From the sequence record ON528742: a DNA stretch of 64,000 nt; one strand, written 5' to 3'. The stretch comes from Shigella phage ESh32. Shown here piece after piece: positions 31,786 to 41,257 of this stretch; the stretch's first letter is position 1; the number at the start of each line of letters is the position of its first letter. The notes beneath the pieces were generated by a model. The model saw nothing but the letters and a program-made list of their open reading frames with translations. It was not told where the DNA came from and did not search any database. The translations under genes were made by a program, and so were the position numbers.

Positions 31786-31815
31786 GTTTACAAGTCCCTC
31801 GTGTTGTGTTATAGT
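31786..31815 (+). promoter_or_regulatory. T4-type early promoter for alc: -35 GTTTAC 31786-31791, -10 TATAGT 31810-31815
   Basis: Motif read directly. Confidence 0.55.
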
Positions 31816-31839
31816 AGTCTTACTGACATAACATGAGGA
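31786..31839 (+). repeat. 54-bp promoter/leader cassette, copy A (identical to 47109-47162)
   Basis: Exact 54-nt identity GTTTACAAGTCCCTCGTGTTGTGTTATAGTAGTCTTACTGACATAACATGAGGA found at both loci. Confidence 0.8.
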
Positions 31840-31846
31840 CTTTATG

Positions 31847-32350
31847 ATGGATTTGCAGCTTATTACTACTGAAATGGTCGTTGAAGCATACGGTGATACT
31901 ACAGATGGGATTTCTGTATTCAAAGGAAATCGTCGAGTTGGATATATCACCGATCTTAAGAAAGATTTAGCTAAGCAAGTCAAGCGGAAAACGACCATTA
32001 AAGAATATCGAAATCGTCGTCTTGAGCAAGCCCGTGATATGCTTCCTGATGCGGTTGAGGAGATGAAAGTCTTTTTAGAAAATCAACTCGCTAAGTATGA
32101 TTGTGAAGTGTTTATTAATCAGACTCAACCTAATGTTCATATCAATAGTTGTAAATGCTACATTATTGTTAATCCTTTGACAGGAAAACACCGCCTTGGG
32201 ATTAGTAATCCAAATCGTAGTGCATCGGATATGGCAGAAGATGTTGAGGCATGCTTTAAAATTTCTAAATCTCCAGCTGAACATCATATTTTAATTAACG
32301 GTCTTTCTCAAGACGATATTATAGAGGTTATTAAAACTTTATGCATGTAA
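31847..32350 (+). CDS. alc: Alc, host transcription elongation terminator (167 aa)
   Basis: MDLQLITTEMVVEAYGDTTDGISVFKGNRRVGY...; synteny after rnlA; alternative ATG at 31844. Confidence 0.8.
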   Translation: MDLQLITTEMVVEAYGDTTDGISVFKGNRRVGYITDLKKDLAKQVKRKTTIKEYRNRRLEQARDMLPDAVEEMKVFLENQLAKYDCEVFINQTQPNVHINSCKCYIIVNPLTGKHRLGISNPNRSASDMAEDVEACFKISKSPAEHHILINGLSQDDIIEVIKTLCM

Positions 32351-32694
32351 GTAATTTTACAGCTGGATTGCTATTACTTGTAATAGCATTTGGCGGAACA
32401 TCTATTATTTTAAAAAATAAGGTAGAAAGATTAGAAACGTCTGTTGTAGAAATTACAAAAACGGCCAATGAAAACGCCTTAGCATTAAATAATTTGCGAA
32501 TTCAGTATAATTATATTGATGCGATGAATAATAAAAATCGTGAGGCGATTGCTGCTATTGAGCGTGAAAATGAAAAACTGCGCAAAGATGCAAAGAAGGC
32601 GGATGTGGTGGCTCGTAAGCCAGGATTGGTTGAAAAACAAATCAACAACTCCTTCAACAAGTTCGCAGAAGACATCCAGGACCTTTCTAAATGA
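32341..32694 (+). CDS. i-spanin (inner-membrane spanin subunit; PseT.3-like, 117 aa)
   Basis: N-terminal TM FTAGLLLLVIAFGGTSIIL followed by coiled-coil-like periplasmic domain; immediately upstream of a lipoprotein gene. Confidence 0.6.
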   Translation: MHVSNFTAGLLLLVIAFGGTSIILKNKVERLETSVVEITKTANENALALNNLRIQYNYIDAMNNKNREAIAAIERENEKLRKDAKKADVVARKPGLVEKQINNSFNKFAEDIQDLSK

Positions 32695-32990
32695 TTAAAT
32701 TATCTGCAGTAATATTATCTATTGGTCTTCTAGTTGGTTGTTCGACAAAGCCTCTAGAAGTAAAGAAAGAAACAGTTCATCCTAATTGGCCTGTGCAAAT
32801 AAAGTCATATGACGAAGCTAAACTATCTTGGCAAGTTAAAGTTATTGATGGTAAAGCTTGGGTAGGTATGCCATTTGAAGATTCTCAGGAATTTCGTATT
32901 TGGCTTAATGATGTAAAACGATATGTACATGACCAGAAAACTATGATATGTTATTATCGTCAAGAGCTAAAAGAGGATAAATGTAAATGA
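32691..32990 (+). CDS. o-spanin lipoprotein (PseT.2-like, 99 aa)
   Basis: Signal peptide with lipobox MIKLSAVILSIGLLVGC; C-terminal Cys; ATGA-coupled to the i-spanin. Confidence 0.65.
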   Translation: MIKLSAVILSIGLLVGCSTKPLEVKKETVHPNWPVQIKSYDEAKLSWQVKVIDGKAWVGMPFEDSQEFRIWLNDVKRYVHDQKTMICYYRQELKEDKCK

Positions 32991-33213
32991 TTTCATGGTA
33001 TCAATTTGAACATCTAAAAGGATTAATTTATGAATCCGAGATGGCTGCAATGATTTATGGACGACAGATTCAACGATTAGAATCTTTACCTCCAACTAAT
33101 GATGTTTTATTAGCTCAATCACGCGCTAATCTCAAAAATGAATATCAAAATAAGTGGGGTAAAGCATCTAAAGACCTGCATGATTATATTCAATCATTGG
33201 TTGAGAAAAATAA

Positions 33214-33217
<4 letters not shown>
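32987..33217 (+). CDS. hypothetical protein (76 aa)
   Basis: ORF track; ATGA coupling. Confidence 0.5.
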
Positions 33218-34417
<1,200 letters not shown>

Positions 34418-34418
<1 letters not shown>

Positions 34419-34615
34419 TGGCGTGGCATCATGAAACTTGGGCTATTATTATTGTAAATAGTGGTTTAGTCGGTACTAGTAATGGGCAATTTTGTGTATT
34501 CACTAGTGAAATCAGAGCTTGGGAGGAATGCCTTAAATTAAGAGAAAAGAATCCTGATGTTGAACTAACAGTAAAGAAAACTAAACTGCCTTTACCATGG
34601 AAAACTTATGAATAA
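34418..34615 (+). CDS. hypothetical protein (65 aa)
   Basis: ORF track; TAATG coupling. Confidence 0.45.
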
Positions 34616-34808
34616 CATAGAAAAGATTTATCGTCTTTGTGATAAAATTGAAAAAGAAAAGAAATATCTATTTTGTTTATGGCCTATTGTTGATGGAAGA
34701 GTAGGTTTAGATGTTCTTGATTATGAAACAGAAGACAAAGTAGATGGTTCAACTTTTGATAATGCGTTGGATGTTATTGATTGGCTCGAAGAAAATTATG
34801 TGAGGTAA
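34608..34808 (+). CDS. hypothetical protein (66 aa)
   Basis: ORF track. Confidence 0.45.
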   Translation: MNNIEKIYRLCDKIEKEKKYLFCLWPIVDGRVGLDVLDYETEDKVDGSTFDNALDVIDWLEENYVR

Positions 34809-34810
34809 AT

Positions 34811-35086
34811 ATGTTTCCGACTTATTCTAAAATTGTAGAAGTAGTGTTTAGTCAAATTATCGCTAATAATATGTTTGAAAAGCTTGATAACGCAGCCGAG
34901 CTTCGAATTCATGCTCAAGTGACTCATGTATTGAACACTTTGCTTCCAGACCAGGTGGATTCTGTTGCCATTACGCTGTATCCAGGTTCCGCGCATATCA
35001 TTGTCGTATTCGGTCTTGATGCTGAGTTAGTTATTAAAGGCGATATTCGTTTTGAATCGCAGACAGCAGAATTCAAAGCAATTTAA
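34811..35086 (+). CDS. hypothetical protein (91 aa)
   Basis: ATG 34811 with SD TGAGG; track ORF 34781 starts upstream in frame. Confidence 0.45.
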   Translation: MFPTYSKIVEVVFSQIIANNMFEKLDNAAELRIHAQVTHVLNTLLPDQVDSVAITLYPGSAHIIVVFGLDAELVIKGDIRFESQTAEFKAI

Positions 35087-35088
35087 TA

Positions 35089-35118
35089 GTTTACTTTACG
35101 GTAGAGTTGTGATATTAT
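35089..35118 (+). promoter_or_regulatory. T4-type early promoter: -35 GTTTAC 35089-35094, -10 TATTAT 35113-35118
   Basis: Motif read directly. Confidence 0.5.
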
Positions 35119-35147
35119 AGCTCTACCAAACAAATGAGGAAAACAAA

Positions 35148-35387
35148 ATGCTGCTAAGTGAAAAACCGATTACTGTTAAAGAATTCCAAGAAAAAGTTAA
35201 GCTATTTGCACAGGAATTGGTAAATAAGGTTTCTGAACGATTTCCTGAAACATCGGTTCGTGTTATTACTGAAACTCCTCGTTCAGTATTAGTAATTGTG
35301 AATCCAGGTGATGGCGATCAAATATCGCATCTTAAATTAGATTTTGATGGATTAGTTGAAGCACAAAGGGTGTATGGCGTACTATGA
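35148..35387 (+). CDS. hypothetical protein (79 aa)
   Basis: ORF track; SD TGAGGAAAA. Confidence 0.5.
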   Translation: MLLSEKPITVKEFQEKVKLFAQELVNKVSERFPETSVRVITETPRSVLVIVNPGDGDQISHLKLDFDGLVEAQRVYGVL

Positions 35388-35722
35388 TGAATTTAACTGA
35401 TATAATTGATAATTGTCTTGAAAATGATACTGGCGATCATAGAGCGCTTGACTCTGAAACAGCACAGTTCATTAGAATAACTTTAATGAATGACACTCTA
35501 GTAAATAGTATTCATCCTTCCGTATATGATGCTATTATTGTGACGAAGTATCCAGTTGAGCTTCACAAAAAGATGGTTGGCGCAATTTTTATTGATAAGA
35601 AAAACCGCTTTAAAGATGGGCAGAATATAATTAGTTCTGTTATTAAAAGTATAACTAAACTTCGTCACGAAATTTATCGTGTTGAAACTGCTAAATCTGC
35701 TTATCTGGTGATTATGAAATGA
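35384..35722 (+). CDS. hypothetical protein (112 aa)
   Basis: ORF track; ATGA coupling. Confidence 0.5.
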   Translation: MMNLTDIIDNCLENDTGDHRALDSETAQFIRITLMNDTLVNSIHPSVYDAIIVTKYPVELHKKMVGAIFIDKKNRFKDGQNIISSVIKSITKLRHEIYRVETAKSAYLVIMK

Positions 35723-36300
35723 AAGCGAGTACAGTACTTCAAATTGCATATTTAGTATCGCAGGAATCAAAATGTTGCTCCTGGAAGGTAGGAGCAGTAA
35801 TTGAAAAGAATGGACGTATTATTTCTACCGGATATAATGGTTCACCTGCTGGTGGTGTGAACTGTTGTGATTATGCTGCTGAGCAAGGTTGGTTGCTGAA
35901 TAAGCCTAAACATACTATCATCCAAGGTCATAAGCCCGAATGTGTATCATTTGGTTCAACTGATCGTTTTGTCTTGGCAAAAGAACACCGGAGCGCTCAC
36001 TCTGAATGGTCGTCTAAAAATGAAATTCATGCTGAACTAAATGCAATTTTGTTTGCTGCACGAAATGGTTCTTCTATTGAAGGTGCTACTATGTATGTAA
36101 CACTTTCTCCTTGTCCAGATTGTGCAAAAGCGATAGCTCAATCTGGTATTAAAAAACTGGTTTATTGCGAAACATACGATAAAAATAAACCTGGCTGGGA
36201 TGATATTCTGCGAAATGCAGGTATTGAAGTGTTTAATGTTCCTAAGAAAAACTTGAATAAGTTAAACTGGGAAAATATCAACGAATTCTGTGGTGAATAA
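35719..36300 (+). CDS. cd: dCMP deaminase (193 aa)
   Basis: Zn-dependent deaminase motifs HAE...PCPDC; 193 aa as T4 Cd. Confidence 0.9.
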   Translation: MKASTVLQIAYLVSQESKCCSWKVGAVIEKNGRIISTGYNGSPAGGVNCCDYAAEQGWLLNKPKHTIIQGHKPECVSFGSTDRFVLAKEHRSAHSEWSSKNEIHAELNAILFAARNGSSIEGATMYVTLSPCPDCAKAIAQSGIKKLVYCETYDKNKPGWDDILRNAGIEVFNVPKKNLNKLNWENINEFCGE

Positions 36301-36536
36301 TGAAATTTCGTTTGGTAAAGCTTACAGCAATTAGTTCTTATTCTAACGAGAACATCTCGTTTGCTGTAGAGTATAAGAAATATTTTTTCTCTAAATGGAA
36401 GCAGTATTATAAAACTGATTGGACTAGTATAGATAGACCATATAGTTGGAAATCTGATTTAGAAAAATGCCAAAAATTGCTTTCCACTCTTAAAGAACGT
36501 GGAACAACTCATATTAAAACTGTGATAGGTAAATAA
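36300..36536 (+). CDS. hypothetical protein (78 aa)
   Basis: ORF track; TAATG coupling. Confidence 0.5.
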   Translation: MKFRLVKLTAISSYSNENISFAVEYKKYFFSKWKQYYKTDWTSIDRPYSWKSDLEKCQKLLSTLKERGTTHIKTVIGK

Positions 36537-36845
36537 ATGAAACTGACGACTGAACAAAAAGTAGCAATTCGTGAAATTTTGAAAACTAAACTGTCCATGG
36601 GTGTTTCAAACGTAGTTTTTGAAAAGTCTGATGGTACTATTCGTACTATGAAAGGTACTCGTGACGCAGACTTTATGCCAACCATGCAAACTGGTAAATT
36701 GACTGAATCGACTCGGAAAGAATCTACTGATATGATTCCAGTATTTGATGTTGAGCTTGGCGAGTGGCGAGGTTTTTCTATTGACAAATTGATTTCTGTT
36801 AATGGTATGAAAGTTGAGCATTTACTCCAATTTATTGGTAAATAA
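36537..36845 (+). CDS. hypothetical protein (102 aa)
   Basis: ORF track. Confidence 0.5.
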   Translation: MKLTTEQKVAIREILKTKLSMGVSNVVFEKSDGTIRTMKGTRDADFMPTMQTGKLTESTRKESTDMIPVFDVELGEWRGFSIDKLISVNGMKVEHLLQFIGK

Positions 36846-36872
36846 ATGCTTTAAGAATTATTTGTTATTATT
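36844..36872 (+). promoter_or_regulatory. MotA-dependent middle promoter for gene 31 (MotA box AAATGCTTTA 36844-36853, -10 TATTAT 36867-36872)
   Basis: Near-consensus MotA box with the correct spacing to a -10 element. Confidence 0.5.
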
Positions 36873-36901
36873 AATTCATCTGTTAACAAAAAGGAAAAAC
36901 G

Positions 36902-37237
36902 ATGTCTGAAGTACAACAGCTACCAATTCGTGCTGTCGGTGAATATGTTATTTTAGTTTCTGAACCTGCACAAGCCGGTGATGAAGAAGTTACAGAATCA
37001 GGACTTATTATCGGTAAACGTGTTCAAGGTGAAGTTCCTGAACTATGTGTAGTTCACTCTGTCGGTCCTGATGTTCCTGAAGGTTTCTGCGAAGTTGGTG
37101 ATTTGACTTCTCTTCCAGTTGGTCAAATTCGAAACGTTCCGCATCCTTTTGTAGCTCTGGGTCTTAAGCAGCCAAAAGAAATTAAACAAAAATTCGTCAC
37201 CTGTCACTATAAAGCTATTCCGTGTCTTTATAAGTGA
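36902..37237 (+). CDS. 31: co-chaperonin gp31 (GroES analogue, 111 aa)
   Basis: [40 protein letters not shown]...; 111 aa. Confidence 0.9.
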
Positions 37238-37245
37238 TATAAATA
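37238..37245 (+). promoter_or_regulatory. late-promoter consensus TATAAATA directly after gene 31 stop (possible late promoter for rIII)
   Basis: Exact octamer on + strand; function inferred. Confidence 0.4.
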
Positions 37246-37384
37246 ATAATATGAATTGGGTGTCGGAATAATAAGTTAACCGAACAATTCTATGTGGTAG
37301 TCTACAACTGAGAGATCTGTCGAAAGAAGATGAAATTCAGAAGAACGTGACTACCGAGTTTTAATCTCTAACGAGAATTTTTAA

Positions 37385-37633
37385 ATGATTAAACAATTAC
37401 AACACGCTCTTGAACTGCAACGAAACGCATGGAATAATGGTCACGAAAACTATGGCGCATCTATTGATGTTGAAGCCGAAGCTCTTGAAATCCTGCGTTA
37501 TTTCAAACATCTGAATCCTGCTCAAACTGCATTAGCTGCTGAGCTTCAGGAAAAAGATGAACTTAAGTATGCTAAGCCTCTGGCTTCTGCTGCACGAAAA
37601 GCAGTTCGTCACTTTGTGGTAACACTGAAGTAA
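37385..37633 (+). CDS. rIII: rIII lysis-inhibition accessory protein (82 aa)
   Basis: MIKQLQHALELQRNAWNNGHENYGASIDVEAEALEILRYF...; 82 aa, downstream of gene 31. Confidence 0.85.
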   Translation: MIKQLQHALELQRNAWNNGHENYGASIDVEAEALEILRYFKHLNPAQTALAAELQEKDELKYAKPLASAARKAVRHFVVTLK

Positions 37634-37701
37634 TTTATTGGAGATTCACTGCCTTAGTGTGAGCTAAAATCGAGGAGCCGTCGAACTGTCTGATTAATGA
37701 T

Positions 37702-37890
37702 TTGCGAATCATTATAGTTTTAAGACCCCGGCAGTTTTACGGTGTACCTCTTGAATGTTACTATCATGCGTCAGAAAAGTGTTATCTGTGTAAGTCTTGG
37801 TGGTATGTTGACGAGGTTTATGGTTATCCTGTCGGTAAATATACAAAACCTATGTTCCCCCTTGAGGGCTTGCGCAGGCAATGCCAATAA
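37702..37890 (+). CDS. doubtful ORF (62 aa, TTG start) in a GC-rich segment
   Basis: Track ORF starts at TTG inside an inverted repeat; alternative ATG-initiated ORF from 37766 in another frame; coding status unresolved. Confidence 0.2.
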   Translation: MRIIIVLRPRQFYGVPLECYYHASEKCYLCKSWWYVDEVYGYPVGKYTKPMFPLEGLRRQCQ

Positions 37891-37922
37891 GTCCTGCATT
37901 TTCATTTAAAAGAGAATTTATA

Positions 37923-38099
37923 ATGGCAAAACAAGTTAAAGCAAAGAAAGCAGTTGAAAAGAAAGTTGGTGATTCTAAACGCGCTGGTTACAAGCGTGGG
38001 TCGAACTCTCGTATCAATCAAACTGTTGAGAAGATCATGCGCCGAGCACGTGCGGTTCTTCGAGATGATGCTTCTCGTTTTGGTAAGCAGAAAGCATAA
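37923..38099 (+). CDS. small highly basic protein (58 aa)
   Basis: MAKQVKAKKAVEKKVGDSKRAGYKRGSNSRINQTVEKIMRRARAVLRDDASRFGKQKA from ATG 37923; followed by terminator. Confidence 0.5.
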   Translation: MAKQVKAKKAVEKKVGDSKRAGYKRGSNSRINQTVEKIMRRARAVLRDDASRFGKQKA

Positions 38100-38104
38100 G
38101 TTGA

Positions 38105-38128
38105 GGACTCCTTCGGGAGTCCTTTTTT
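38105..38128 (+). terminator. rho-independent terminator (GGACTCC-UUCG-GGAGUCC + T6)
   Basis: Perfect stem and T-run read directly. Confidence 0.65.
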
Positions 38129-38152
38129 ATTTTCCAAAGATTGCACAAAGTT

Positions 38153-38182
38153 GTTTACAGTATGGTTCCTTTGTGATAGTAT
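38153..38182 (+). promoter_or_regulatory. T4-type early promoter: -35 GTTTAC 38153-38158, -10 TAGTAT 38177-38182
   Basis: Motif read directly. Confidence 0.5.
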
Positions 38183-38209
38183 TATCTTACACAAACAAAG
38201 GAGAATAAA

Positions 38210-38542
38210 ATGAAAACGATTAATCTGAACGCTGCAGTTAAGACTAAATGCTTCAATGGTAAATATGATGAAACTATGTGGTTCTTAATGGCAGTTGAAG
38301 GTGATATTATTGAAGTAGAAACAACAGAAGGTATGGGAACAGATTTCACCTTTACAATTCAAGTTCATAATTTCTTTACTGGTTGGATTTATGAATTGAA
38401 TACAGTAATCGTTGGAAAAATTGAACAAAATGAATTAGGCGAATGGTATTATGTTACAGCTCGCCAACGTGCCGAACGTTTGATTGAGAAGATGAAAAAA
38501 GTTGGTAAACTTGACATGAAGCACTGGAAAGTAGTAAAATAA
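38210..38542 (+). CDS. hypothetical protein (110 aa)
   Basis: ORF track; SD AAGGAGAA. Confidence 0.55.
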   Translation: MKTINLNAAVKTKCFNGKYDETMWFLMAVEGDIIEVETTEGMGTDFTFTIQVHNFFTGWIYELNTVIVGKIEQNELGEWYYVTARQRAERLIEKMKKVGKLDMKHWKVVK

Positions 38543-38544
38543 TT

Positions 38545-38573
38545 GTTTACTTTGGTACAGGATATGATATTAT
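38545..38573 (+). promoter_or_regulatory. T4-type early promoter: -35 GTTTAC 38545-38550, -10 TATTAT 38568-38573
   Basis: Motif read directly. Confidence 0.5.
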
Positions 38574-38610
38574 ATACCTGTACCGCAATTAAACATCTCG
38601 GAGAATAAAA

Positions 38611-38976
38611 ATGAACTACATCAACTTTGAACGTAAATATGTTTCTAATGGTATTGCAGGTTCTATTGATACTATCTTCCTTTGGAAACATCAAAATGGA
38701 TCAGTATGCGAAATTGAACAGTATATGACTCCTAACTACGTTTATATGCGATTTGAAAATGGCATCACGGTTTCAATCACAATGGAAGGTTCAAACTTCA
38801 AAATCGCTCTGGATGATGATTTTCGTCAACGCGATTTAGGGACTCATCCTTGCTGGAATGGTGATAATCGCAAGCTTTTGGTTAAAACTTGGATTCGTCA
38901 TATTCTGAGTAACAGAGCTAAACCTGAGCATCTTGAAGCAATCTTTGATGTAGTTCTTAACGAATTTGATATTTAA
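38611..38976 (+). CDS. hypothetical protein (121 aa)
   Basis: ORF track; SD CGGAGAA. Confidence 0.55.
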   Translation: MNYINFERKYVSNGIAGSIDTIFLWKHQNGSVCEIEQYMTPNYVYMRFENGITVSITMEGSNFKIALDDDFRQRDLGTHPCWNGDNRKLLVKTWIRHILSNRAKPEHLEAIFDVVLNEFDI

Positions 38977-39016
38977 AATAAAACAGGGGCTTCGGCCCCT
39001 TACTGAGGAAAATACT

Positions 39017-39304
39017 ATGTTTATGACTACTTATTTTGATACCCGCAAAAATTTCTGTGAAGTTGTTTTCTCTAAGGCGCCTAAAGACCTTCCTGCTCAT
39101 TTGCAACCTACCAGTGAATCGATTAAAAATTATGTTGATGTGGTTTGTCCTTTAGAATTCCGTACAGTAAATGGGCGTGATACTTTAGCTATCGCTAAAC
39201 TTAATCGTGAAATTGACATTGACCCTTCAATTGCGCGTGAAATTAATATTTCTGATATTGGCGGCGGTAATGTTAAATCACACGGCTTTCAGATGAGGTT
39301 CTGA
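39017..39304 (+). CDS. hypothetical protein (95 aa)
   Basis: ATG 39017 with SD TGAGGAAAA, preceded by GGGGC-TTCG-GCCCC hairpin; track ORF 38966 starts inside the hairpin. Confidence 0.5.
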   Translation: MFMTTYFDTRKNFCEVVFSKAPKDLPAHLQPTSESIKNYVDVVCPLEFRTVNGRDTLAIAKLNREIDIDPSIAREINISDIGGGNVKSHGFQMRF

Positions 39305-39501
39305 TGAAATTCTTTTTAGGTCAAACTGTTGAATTAAAGGGAGTTGGTATACCTGGATTAATTTCTAAGGTTCTACCTCCATTTAAATGGAGTGGTGTTC
39401 AAATAAAAGAGGCTTATATTGTTTCCTGGGTAGATGGAAATGAAGACCTTCATATGGGTGATGAATTATCTCCTATTTACGGATTAAAGGAATTAGTATG
39501 A
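39304..39501 (+). CDS. hypothetical protein (65 aa)
   Basis: ORF track; ATGA coupling. Confidence 0.5.
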   Translation: MKFFLGQTVELKGVGIPGLISKVLPPFKWSGVQIKEAYIVSWVDGNEDLHMGDELSPIYGLKELV

Positions 39502-39704
39502 ATATAATTAATAAGATTTTTGGAATTCAGTACATTAAGGTCACATATAAAGTAACAGATAAAAATCCATATACTGATGAACATGAAGAACCACAAGTTA
39601 AGTCTATTATATTAGAAAAGGACCCTAACTGGCCAGTTGAATTTCGTCTTCCTTGCTATGGTCATTGGGCTGATGTTGAAATTATAAGTATTGAAAATGC
39701 CTGA
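39498..39704 (+). CDS. hypothetical protein (68 aa)
   Basis: ORF track; ATGA coupling. Confidence 0.45.
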   Translation: MNIINKIFGIQYIKVTYKVTDKNPYTDEHEEPQVKSIILEKDPNWPVEFRLPCYGHWADVEIISIENA

Positions 39705-40155
39705 GTTAGAGATTAGAAGCAATTTTAGATGGCCATCGTGTGCATTAAGTAATTTCGCCCAATGGCCTTTTGTTATGAATGGTATCCAATTTGGAGGTCT
39801 TGAAGGATTTCTCCAAGGGTGCAAGGTGAAAAATGTTGAGCAGCAAAGACGTATATTTGGGTTATCCGGACTTGCCGCCCAACAAGCTGGAAGGTCTTAT
39901 GCAAGAGCTCAGGACCGTGGGACCCTCTTCTGGCTTGGAGTTCCGTTTTCAAGATACTCACCAGCGTGGAAAGAGTTGTACACAAATGCATATTTTGAAG
40001 CAGCGATTCAAAACAAGGGCTTTCGTGATGCATTACTAGCCTCGAAAGGAAAAGTTTTGAAGCATAGCATGGCTAGTGGTCTAACAAAAGATGATACAAT
40101 ACTAACCGAAGCTGAATTTATTGATGTGTTAAACCTATTAAGAGACTCTCTATGA
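39691..40155 (+). CDS. NADAR-domain (YbiA/DUF1768-like) protein, 154 aa
   Basis: Motif ALSNFAQWPF...GIQFGGLEGFLQGCK resembles the YbiA/NADAR signature (SNF...W...E..FQ..K); locally GC-rich. Confidence 0.55.
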   Translation: MKMPELEIRSNFRWPSCALSNFAQWPFVMNGIQFGGLEGFLQGCKVKNVEQQRRIFGLSGLAAQQAGRSYARAQDRGTLFWLGVPFSRYSPAWKELYTNAYFEAAIQNKGFRDALLASKGKVLKHSMASGLTKDDTILTEAEFIDVLNLLRDSL

Positions 40156-40988
40156 AGCCTACTATTTTGACTGATATTGACGGGGTGTGTTTAAGCTGGC
40201 AATCGGGCCTTCCTTATTTTGCCCAAAAATATAATCTTCCGTTGGAACATATTTTAAAAATGATTCAGGACGAAAAATTTATTTCTCCTGGTAAGCTCTT
40301 TAATTGCGATGAAGAACTTGGTGTTAAATTAATCGAAAAGTATAATCGTTCAGATTTTATTCGTTACTTGTCTCCGTATAAAGATGCCCTGTGTGTAATT
40401 AACAAATTAAAAGAAGATTATAATTTTGTAGCTGTTACAGCATTGGGTGATTCTATTGACGCTCTGCTAAATCGTCAATTTAATTTGAATGCTCTTTTTC
40501 CTGGTGCCTTCTCAGAAGTATTGATGTGTGGTCATGATTCTTCAAAAGAAGAGTTGTTCAAAAAGGCAAAAGAGAAATATAACGTAATTTGTTATATTGA
40601 CGATCTCGCTCACCACTGCGATCACGCGAGTGAAATATTAAATGTTCCTGTTTATTGGATGGCTCGAGGGGAGCGTGACAGTATTCCAAAAACTGCGCAG
40701 CGAGTTTATACATGGAATGATGTAGAGAATAAGCTTTTTCCATCGAAGGAAAATAAAGAAAGTTTTGATAGTGAAAAAGCTATAAAAGATGTAATTGAAA
40801 AGATGATTAAAAACGATTCTTTTCCTTGGAACACTACCTGGAGAACTCCTGGATTTAATCCTTATAATCTATATCATCCATATCAGACGCATCCGTTTCA
40901 GACATGGAACTATATTAAACCCGGTGGCATAGAGTATTTGTATAATAGACCTACTAGTGGTGATAATATTTTCCAAGGAGCATTCTAA
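40152..40988 (+). CDS. HAD-superfamily hydrolase-like protein (278 aa)
   Basis: N-terminal ILTDIDGV (DxDG motif I of HAD phosphatases); ATGA-coupled to the NADAR ORF. Confidence 0.5.
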   Translation: MKPTILTDIDGVCLSWQSGLPYFAQKYNLPLEHILKMIQDEKFISPGKLFNCDEELGVKLIEKYNRSDFIRYLSPYKDALCVINKLKEDYNFVAVTALGDSIDALLNRQFNLNALFPGAFSEVLMCGHDSSKEELFKKAKEKYNVICYIDDLAHHCDHASEILNVPVYWMARGERDSIPKTAQRVYTWNDVENKLFPSKENKESFDSEKAIKDVIEKMIKNDSFPWNTTWRTPGFNPYNLYHPYQTHPFQTWNYIKPGGIEYLYNRPTSGDNIFQGAF

Positions 40989-41257
40989 TGTTTGTTGTTC
41001 ATACTATTTATGAAAATGAAGGTAATACTACACGTGATTACGGTCACGTAAATCAATTTTTTAGATGCAATCCAGAATTCCGAGCTCAAAAAGACGAACG
41101 AATTTTTAAAAAATGTGTAGAGCAAGGTTTCATTTACGTCAAGCACTGGATGCAAGGAAATAAAGTTAGAACCACGTACCACAAGTCTTTGACTGAGCTT
41201 AATGATGAATTGATTTATAATAGAGCTGTAAACCAAACTCTAAAGGATGAACAATGA
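40988..41257 (+). CDS. hypothetical protein (89 aa)
   Basis: ORF track; TAATG coupling. Confidence 0.5.
   Translation: MFVVHTIYENEGNTTRDYGHVNQFFRCNPEFRAQKDERIFKKCVEQGFIYVKHWMQGNKVRTTYHKSLTELNDELIYNRAVNQTLKDEQ

Noticed and set aside
39773-40039. Minus-strand ORFs opposite the NADAR gene (39773..40033, 39833..40039 on plus)
   Set aside because: They are explained by the locally elevated GC content, which removes stop codons; no start context, and they overlap a motif-supported gene.
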